From Candidatus Aminicenantes bacterium (GTDB lineage: Bacteria > Acidobacteriota > Aminicenantia > UBA2199): a stretch of DNA of 64,000 nucleotides. A program made the position numbers and the translations under genes. The stretch is from assembly GCA_963827565.1 (NCBI GenBank), contig CAWHBG010000001.1, forward strand, positions 348,575 to 412,574, in the 5' to 3' direction. The notes below the pieces were generated by a model that searched no databases, had not been told where the DNA came from, and saw only the letters and a program-made list of their open reading frames with translations. This document shows, in pieces, positions 57,510 through 64,000 of the stretch (position 1 is its first letter; the number at the start of each line of letters is the position of its first letter).

Positions 57510-58259
57510 ATGAAAAAATTAACGATTCTGATCTGTTTCATGATCTTGATGGTCCTGCCGGATGCCGGACAGGACCTCAAGGATCCTTTTGATGTAATGG
57601 AGAAAATAGATTCAAATCTGCAGTACAAGAGTGCATATGCTGAAATGGAGATGGTGATCACCATCAAAAAAAGGAAAATTTCAAAAAGTTTCCGGAGTTA
57701 CTCTGTGGGAAACAATAAGTCCTTTATCGAATTCCTGACCCCTGTCCGGGATAAGGGGACAAAAATTCTGAAGGACGGCAAGGTGATCAAGATATATTAC
57801 CCTTCGGCGGAGAGGGTGATGAGATTATCCGGGCATATGCTTCGGCAGAGCATGATGGGTTCGGATATGTCCTATGAAGATATGACCGAACGCTCCAGCA
57901 GTCTTCGGGAAGACTATAATGCCGAAATGCATCCGGCCGAAACACTGGACGAAATTGACTGTTATGTGATGACACTGACATCGAAAAATAAGAAACAAAC
58001 CTACTTTAAACGGAAGATATGGGTCGATAAAAAGCGGTATATGGGAATGAAGGAGGAACTCTATTCAAGGAGCGGAAAGCTGGTGAAAGTATCCAAGGTA
58101 GTGGATGTTCAACTTTTCGGGGAGCGTTTTTATCCTGTGGAAATAACCATGGAGGACAAACTGAGGAAGAATTCCTCAACCCGGGTATTTATCCGGAAGA
58201 TCGATTTTAATGTCGATATACCTTCTTCTGTTTTCAGTGAAAGAATGTTGATGAAATAA
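57510..58259 (+). CDS. LolA-like outer membrane lipoprotein-sorting protein
   Basis: FLTP.RDKGTKIL, MMGSDMSYED, KIWVDK, FSERML; signal peptide. Confidence 0.82.
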   Translation: MKKLTILICFMILMVLPDAGQDLKDPFDVMEKIDSNLQYKSAYAEMEMVITIKKRKISKSFRSYSVGNNKSFIEFLTPVRDKGTKILKDGKVIKIYYPSAERVMRLSGHMLRQSMMGSDMSYEDMTERSSSLREDYNAEMHPAETLDEIDCYVMTLTSKNKKQTYFKRKIWVDKKRYMGMKEELYSRSGKLVKVSKVVDVQLFGERFYPVEITMEDKLRKNSSTRVFIRKIDFNVDIPSSVFSERMLMK

Positions 58260-58290
58260 AAAAGGGGATAAAACGCATCCCCTTTTTTTT
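58258..58290. terminator. Bidirectional terminator
   Basis: A tract-GGGGAT...ATCCCC-T tract between convergent genes. Confidence 0.8.
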
Positions 58291-58304
58291 GACCTGATAT
58301 AATC

Positions 58305-58715
58305 TTATTTCATTGATTCCTGGAATTTTTTTGATGCTTCCTGGAATTTCGGGTCGCTCATATACTGCATCATTTTGCCCATGAGTGATCCCATTTTCGG
58401 ACCCATTGCCTTAATTCTTTCTTCAAATTTTTTGAATTCTGCCGGAACTTCGTCACCTTTGAATGTGTTTTTGAGATTGGGGTATTTTTTTTCTATCTCT
58501 TCCATTCTTGGTTTCAATGTTTCCATAACCTTTGCAAATTTCTCCATTGCTACTATTGCAGAGTCGACATTGTCCGATTTTTCCATATCTGCAATGAAAC
58601 CATCGAAAGTATCAAGCATATCTTCAATAACTGCATCAGGTGAGTCGCTTTTACCACATCCGAAAATAACGAGCATGAGCATTGCTGAGATAACAATCAA
58701 AGTAAATTTCTTCAT
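58305..58715 (-). CDS. Hypothetical helical lipoprotein
   Basis: AGGAGG SD; MKKFTLIV...VIFGC lipobox; Met/Lys/Glu-rich helices. Confidence 0.78.
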   Translation of the reverse strand: MKKFTLIVISAMLMLVIFGCGKSDSPDAVIEDMLDTFDGFIADMEKSDNVDSAIVAMEKFAKVMETLKPRMEEIEKKYPNLKNTFKGDEVPAEFKKFEERIKAMGPKMGSLMGKMMQYMSDPKFQEASKKFQESMK

Positions 58716-58787
58716 AATTCCTCCTGATGTTCTATATATCATAAAGAGGAAGAAAATTCCATCACTTTAGGGCCCGGGAAGCAGATT

Positions 58788-59945
58788 TTAATATAAATCA
58801 AGTTCGATGAGCCGGGTTTCAATTGGTCCGTTGAAGAGAGGTACCTTCCTTGAAGTGCGTAATCCTATCTTTTTTACAAGTTCTGTGCTTCCGCAGAGTA
58901 AAAATGCCTTTGATCCCTTACATTTATGTTTTAAAAAATCCCCGAATTCAGTATAGAGTTTGCCGGCTTCCTCTACATTCCCAAGCCTTTGTCCATAAGG
59001 TAGGTTGGAGATTATCATTGAATTATTTATCGATTCGATCTCACGAAAATCAGCTTTTATTATTTTTATATTATCACCGTTACGGATTTCATTCATATTC
59101 TGTCTTGCAGCTCTGACATTTACTTTATCGATATCACTGCCGGATATGAGCCCTGATGGAATAATCTTAATTTCATGATCACATCTTTTTTTTACCTCTT
59201 TCCAGGTATTCCTGTTGAAACCGGGCATGTTAAAAAATCCAAAAGATCTGTTCTGCACTGCTGACGGTAGATTCCCGTATTTTAAAGCTGCTTCTCCCAG
59301 GAGCGTCCCGGATCCTGCCATTGGGTCGACAAGCGGTACTGAACCGTCCCATCCTGAAATCCTGATAATTGCAGCAGCAAGTGTTTCATGTAAAGGGGCG
59401 GATACGGCATTAACCCTGTATCCCCTTTTATGAAGAGATTTACCTGAGGTGTCAAAGCTTATTGTGCAGAAATTATTTCTAATATTAAGATTAATGGGAA
59501 TATCAGGATCAATAGTATTAACATTCGGCCTTGTATCAAACTTTTCACGGAGTCGGTCAGCGATGGCGTCCTTAACCCTTAGTACGGCAAATTGTGAATG
59601 ATTTATCCTGCTGCCCGAGACTGAGGATGATATTGAAAAAGTTTTCTCTGGCGAGATGAATCTTTCCCATTCTATATTAAAACATTTTTTATATAGTTCT
59701 TTCTCGTTATGTACTGTAAAACTGACCAATGGGGCCAGTACTCTACTTACAGTTTTTACCATATAATTTATCCGGTACAGGATTTCAGCTTCAGCAGTAA
59801 AATAGACTCCATTGTAGGAAATCTTGCAATCCACTGCGCCCAGTTCTTCCAATTCTTCCGCTGCAATTTCACTAATACCCTTTTGGCACTGGGCAAAGTA
59901 CCTTCCGGTTGCCTGAAAAATGAATTCGTCCCTGTTCTTTGCCAT
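58788..59945 (-). CDS. THUMP-domain RNA methyltransferase (RlmL-like)
   Basis: SGKSLHKRGYR, APLHETLAA, DPMAGSGT, NLPYG.R. Confidence 0.88.
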   Translation of the reverse strand: MAKNRDEFIFQATGRYFAQCQKGISEIAAEELEELGAVDCKISYNGVYFTAEAEILYRINYMVKTVSRVLAPLVSFTVHNEKELYKKCFNIEWERFISPEKTFSISSSVSGSRINHSQFAVLRVKDAIADRLREKFDTRPNVNTIDPDIPINLNIRNNFCTISFDTSGKSLHKRGYRVNAVSAPLHETLAAAIIRISGWDGSVPLVDPMAGSGTLLGEAALKYGNLPSAVQNRSFGFFNMPGFNRNTWKEVKKRCDHEIKIIPSGLISGSDIDKVNVRAARQNMNEIRNGDNIKIIKADFREIESINNSMIISNLPYGQRLGNVEEAGKLYTEFGDFLKHKCKGSKAFLLCGSTELVKKIGLRTSRKVPLFNGPIETRLIELDLY

Positions 59946-59951
59946 TTGTTT

Positions 59952-60521
59952 TTACAAAATCCGGACCTTCCTGAGCTTCATATCAAGTTGATTGAAATCA
60001 ATTCCTATGTTTTCTTCAAGAATATCCGCACCGGACTCAAGCAGGTAAGGAAGTTCCTTTTGTTCTTCTTTACTGAACTTTCCCAGCACATAGGAGGTAA
60101 TATCTTTGTGCTCAGGGCGGGAGATCCCGATCCTGAACCGGTTGAAATTCTTAGTGCCAAGAGAAGATGTTATCGATCTGAGTCCGTTATGTCCTCCAAG
60201 TCCGCCACCCTGTTTGAAGCCTACGATACCAAAATCCAATTCAAGTTCATCATGTATCACAAGAATTTCATTTGGATCAATTTTATAGAATTTTGCAGTT
60301 GTACTAATACTGTTACCACTCCGATTCATGAAAGTAAGAGGAAGGATAATATATATTTTTTCCCCTCCAAGGTTTACCTCGGTGAATTCACCTTCAAATT
60401 TTTTATGCCATTTCAGATTCCCGAAAAATGAAAAATATTCAATCAATTGCCATGCGGCATTATGACGGCTTGTCTGATATTCTTTCCCGGGGTTACCAAG
60501 AGCTGCAATTAGTTTAATCAT
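59952..60521 (-). CDS. pth: Peptidyl-tRNA hydrolase
   Basis: LGNPG.EY..SRHNA, TFMNRSG, HDELE, GGHNGLRS, RIGI. Confidence 0.95.
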   Translation of the reverse strand: MIKLIAALGNPGKEYQTSRHNAAWQLIEYFSFFGNLKWHKKFEGEFTEVNLGGEKIYIILPLTFMNRSGNSISTTAKFYKIDPNEILVIHDELELDFGIVGFKQGGGLGGHNGLRSITSSLGTKNFNRFRIGISRPEHKDITSYVLGKFSKEEQKELPYLLESGADILEENIGIDFNQLDMKLRKVRIL

Positions 60522-60933
60522 CTATATTTTTCAGTATTTCCGGCAATCTTGTGATCTCGGTCGGATGATCATCCCCTTTTAAAGATTCAAAGGCATCATT
60601 TATATTAAAAAATCCACTGACCTTGAAAGGGAGCTGATATGATTTGAATGTCGACAGGTCAGAAAATCCTTTCCCTTTCTCTATTTTAATAGAACTGAAT
60701 GGCTGTATATTATCAGGTACCGGGAGTTTTACCTCTTCTATATTTGTAATGGTGTTGCTTTTCAGATCCAATTCAGATTTAAGCATGAGAGCTTCCTCTC
60801 TGGTGAATAATTCATTTATATATTTTTCTCCGTTTTTCCTGTTCTTATCATTTAGAGTGGAATAATTAATTATAAATTTATCGTAATCAGTCTCTGTTTC
60901 AACCCTGTCAATGATAAACCATGTAAATAACAC
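60514..60933 (-). CDS. Hypothetical protein
   Basis: 139-aa ORF overlapping the pth start; no family recognised. Confidence 0.6.
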   Translation of the reverse strand: MLFTWFIIDRVETETDYDKFIINYSTLNDKNRKNGEKYINELFTREEALMLKSELDLKSNTITNIEEVKLPVPDNIQPFSSIKIEKGKGFSDLSTFKSYQLPFKVSGFFNINDAFESLKGDDHPTEITRLPEILKNIDD

Positions 60934-61143
60934 TTTATCATATTTTTTTTTTCATAAGTAACATTATTGATGATCGAGAAAACACGGAATAATTTTTTCA
61001 TGAGCAGCTCCGGATAAATCTAACTATAATACAAAAGCAGGCAGAATTCAATTGACCTTCTTTTAATATTTTACTGAATTTTGACATTTCATTTTTTTAT
61101 GTTTAAAATTGATTTAACTATAATTTAGAGAGAAGAGAGGAAA

Positions 61144-62076
61144 ATGTCCGCAGATTCTGAAAAAACGAGGACGATACTGATCGTTGATGATGAGCTTGAT
61201 ACTCTCACTCTGCTTACTGAATTCCTTGAAGATAAAAAATTTAAAATTATAAGCACGGATAATCCCAATAACGCGATATCAATAGTTGAAAAAAATGAAG
61301 CGGACCTTGTCATTGCTGATCTGAAGATGCCGAAAATGGATGGCATTGCTCTTACAAAAGAGATCCTGAGCGTTAATCCAGAAATACCCGTGATTATTAT
61401 GACAGCTTACGCTTCGATTGAGTCCGCAATAGAATCTATAAAAGCCGGTGCAACTGATTTTATAACAAAACCTTTCAAATTTAATCATACCCATTTTGTA
61501 GTCAACAAAGCATTGGAACGAAGAGCCCTCACCCAATTGGCAAAGAAAAGTGTTTATTACAAAAAGCTTTCCCAGACAGATGAATTAACAGGGCTTTTTA
61601 ACCTCAGATCTTTCAAATCGGTATTGGATGAACATTTAAAAGAGCATGGGAAGCTAGGTAAAGGGCTGAGCCTGATGATGGCTGATATAGATGACTTTAA
61701 GAGGGTGAATGATAATTTCGGTCACCAGTCGGGTGATAAGGTCCTTGCTGACATTGCTTCGATTCTATCTAAATCTGTAAGGGGATGTGACTTCCTGGCC
61801 AGATACGGGGGAGAGGAGTTTGCAGTAGTCCTTCCGGAAACCGGAAAAAGAGCTGCGCTTAAAGTAGGGCAGAGGATATTAGAGGAAATAGAAGGTTTCA
61901 GATTCAAGTCCAAAGATGAAATATCGATAGGCCTTATAACAATTACAATCGGTCTTGCTACTTTCCCCAGAGACGGGCGTACCGGACAGACATTACTTGA
62001 AAGTGCGGATAAAGCTCTCTATAAAGGAAAAGAAATGGGGAAAAACAGAATCTGTACAGTAGAAGAGTGTTTCTGA
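61144..62076 (+). CDS. Response regulator diguanylate cyclase (REC-GGDEF)
   Basis: IVDD...ADLKMP...KP receiver; DELTGL, RGCD I-site, GGEEF. Confidence 0.93.
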   Translation: MSADSEKTRTILIVDDELDTLTLLTEFLEDKKFKIISTDNPNNAISIVEKNEADLVIADLKMPKMDGIALTKEILSVNPEIPVIIMTAYASIESAIESIKAGATDFITKPFKFNHTHFVVNKALERRALTQLAKKSVYYKKLSQTDELTGLFNLRSFKSVLDEHLKEHGKLGKGLSLMMADIDDFKRVNDNFGHQSGDKVLADIASILSKSVRGCDFLARYGGEEFAVVLPETGKRAALKVGQRILEEIEGFRFKSKDEISIGLITITIGLATFPRDGRTGQTLLESADKALYKGKEMGKNRICTVEECF

Positions 62077-62105
62077 CCTCCCCGGTTTATCTTTATTTAC
62101 TCTAT

Positions 62106-63320
62106 TTATCTAATTAGCTCAGACAGCCTTTTTATACCTTCTGTTATCTTCTCTGTGTCAGGATAAGAAAAGTTCAGCCTTATCTCATTTTTTTTCTCAG
62201 TCCCTTTAGGATAGAATTTTGCTCCCGGTATAAACGCAATTTTTTTCTTTAGAGCTTTTTCAAATAATTCACTGGTATCGATATCCTCCGGGAAAGTTAC
62301 CCATATGAACATACCGCCTTCAGGATTGGTCCATCTTACCTTTGACGGCATGAATTTCTCAAGGGATTCAAACATTGCGTCTTTCTTCGGTTTGTAAAGA
62401 TCTATTATATCCTGAATATGAGATCTCATATATCCTCTTTCGATGTAACGGGCAGTTACTCTCTGAGTCAGACAATCCGGACTCACATTTACCTTTTGTG
62501 CCCATTTGACCATGTGATTTATTATCTCCGGAGGGCCTGAGGCAAAACCCAGTCTTAACCCGGGGCCGAGTATCTTTGAAAAAGATTTTGCGATCGTTAC
62601 GGTCTTAGGATCATTGTATTCTGTCCTTGCTATCTCCCACAGGGTCGGTACCCGCTCTCCTGAGAATCTCAGTTCCCTGTAGGGCTGGTCTTCAAGAATG
62701 GGAATATCAAACTTTCTTGCCACTTCAATTATCTTCCGTCTCCTATTCAGGTCCATTGTCCTTCCGGTTGGATTCTGAAATTCAGGAATAACATAGATGA
62801 ATTTGACCGGAACATCCTTTCTGGTCAGTTCTGATAATTTCTTCTCGAGAAGATCAGGGATCATTCCGAGATCATCCATTTCCACACCTTCCAGAATGGC
62901 TCCACAGGCCTGCATGGAAGTGATCGAACCGGGAAAACTCGGGGCTTCACATATAATGGTATCACCGGGATCGATCAGCGTCCTTGTAAAATAATAGATG
63001 CCGTTAGTGGAGCCTACTGTTATCATCAATTCATCATCACGAAGGAATGGAACCTCTTCGAAGTTTTTTATAATATCCTTAAAAATTTTATCTCCATCAC
63101 TTGCACCGTATTGCAGAGCTTCATTCCCCTCTTTCAAGATTATTTCCGAGAACAGTTCAGATAAAGTGTTTTTCGGAAATGAATCCGGATGAGGCAATCC
63201 TCCGGCAAAAGATATGATACCTTCAACGCTTTTTGTGACTTTAAGTATCTCCCTTATAAAGGAGTGTTCCTGATTATTTGTTGCATTGGAATAAATCTTA
63301 TCAAACGGAATTCCCTTCAT
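62106..63320 (-). CDS. PLP-dependent class I aminotransferase (LysN/2-aminoadipate transaminase-like)
   Basis: ISFAGGLP, LQYG, FQNPTG, EDQPY, SFSKILGPGLRLG, RLNFS. Confidence 0.9.
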   Translation of the reverse strand: MKGIPFDKIYSNATNNQEHSFIREILKVTKSVEGIISFAGGLPHPDSFPKNTLSELFSEIILKEGNEALQYGASDGDKIFKDIIKNFEEVPFLRDDELMITVGSTNGIYYFTRTLIDPGDTIICEAPSFPGSITSMQACGAILEGVEMDDLGMIPDLLEKKLSELTRKDVPVKFIYVIPEFQNPTGRTMDLNRRRKIIEVARKFDIPILEDQPYRELRFSGERVPTLWEIARTEYNDPKTVTIAKSFSKILGPGLRLGFASGPPEIINHMVKWAQKVNVSPDCLTQRVTARYIERGYMRSHIQDIIDLYKPKKDAMFESLEKFMPSKVRWTNPEGGMFIWVTFPEDIDTSELFEKALKKKIAFIPGAKFYPKGTEKKNEIRLNFSYPDTEKITEGIKRLSELIR

Positions 63321-63361
63321 TTTTACTCCTTGCCCGGAGATTTTCAGATCCGGGAGTTATA

Positions 63362-64000
63362 TTAAATTTTGTTCATTCTTAAAAGATCGGTTACTATCGA
63401 AAAACCGGTCTCTATTTTTCCGGCACCTGGTCCTACTATAGTAACATCACCGAGCAGATCAGTGGTAAATGTCAGAGCATTTGTTGCTCCCATAACACCT
63501 GCCAGAGGATGGGAGAGGTCTATCATTTCCGGAGATACAGATCCGGAGATCCTTCCGTCCCTGTTCTCAACACTTCCAATAAGTTTCCACCTCTTATTGT
63601 TTTTTCCTGCATTTGTTATATCATCCGAAGTTATACCGGTTATTCCCTTGCAAGAAACATCAGATACCTTGAGTGAACCGCCCATGACGATGTTTGCCAG
63701 AATTGTTACTTTTCCTCTCGCATCATGTCCTTCAACATCTCCAGTGGGGTCGGCCTCAGCATATCCCTTTTCCTGAGCTATTTTAAGAACCTCATCATAA
63801 GCCATCCCTTTTTCCATTTCGGAAAGCATATAATTGGTGGTTCCGTTCAGTATCCCCCTGATCTTTGATATATTGCATCCTGCCAGAGGGCCGTCTGCAA
63901 GATTTATAACCGGTGTCCCTGCGCAGACCGTTCCCTCTATCAGGAAACTTACGCCATTCTCATCAGCCAGCTTTTTCATTTCCGGGTAGGCAAGGGCTGC
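63362..64000 (-). CDS. hom: Homoserine dehydrogenase (5' part outside the window)
   Basis: EGTVCAGTP, GILNGTTNY, AQEKGYAEADP..DVEG.D, GPGAG; frame is open to the window edge. Confidence 0.92.
   Translation of the reverse strand, partial: AALAYPEMKKLADENGVSFLIEGTVCAGTPVINLADGPLAGCNISKIRGILNGTTNYMLSEMEKGMAYDEVLKIAQEKGYAEADPTGDVEGHDARGKVTILANIVMGGSLKVSDVSCKGITGITSDDITNAGKNNKRWKLIGSVENRDGRISGSVSPEMIDLSHPLAGVMGATNALTFTTDLLGDVTIVGPGAGKIETGFSIVTDLLRMNKI

Noticed and set aside
59709-60431. 240-aa plus-strand ORF
   Set aside because: Antisense shadow across pth and the RNA methyltransferase, with no recognisable motifs.
63333-63354. CCCGGA...TCCGGG hairpin between hom and the aminotransferase
   Set aside because: Only a 6-bp stem built on the abundant CCGG word, with no adjacent U tract.
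1-64000. CRISPR arrays, tRNA/rRNA genes, IS or phage genes
   Set aside because: No regularly spaced repeats, cloverleaf signatures, or transposase, integrase or phage motifs were seen; intergenic gaps are short and mostly explained.

Overview
A 64 kb stretch of ordinary chromosome from an AT-rich (roughly 40% GC by eye), diderm, probably anaerobic bacterium. Gene content resembles Candidatus Aminicenantes or related Acidobacteriota, but that is inference. I see no rRNA, tRNA, CRISPR array, prophage or IS. Main content: (1) a tungstate/molybdate uptake and pterin-cofactor operon (wtpABC-moeA-moaA-moaC-MOSC-mog) behind a sigma70 promoter and a Moco/Tuco-class riboswitch whose SD-sequestering expression platform can be read from the sequence; (2) a bacillithiol locus (compact bshC, bshB1, bshA) running into a heterodimeric ABC exporter, with a divergent DinB-family thiol transferase; 10 kb away sits a glyoxalase II-like / methyltransferase / mmuM operon whose methyltransferase is a candidate N-methyl-bacillithiol synthase; (3) many exported peptidases (two M14, PepF, papain plus chagasin-type inhibitor, TraB/GumN); (4) tandem CBM9/DUF5916 genes, each with an ECF-sigma-type promoter; (5) an outer-membrane barrel + ABC + LolA-like trans-envelope module; (6) an unannotated paralogous secreted-protein pair; (7) an alkC relic with a large internal deletion. 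Three single-base frameshifts (moaA, dinB, an ABC permease) are probably assembly errors. All calls come from motif recognition by eye; no database searches were run.
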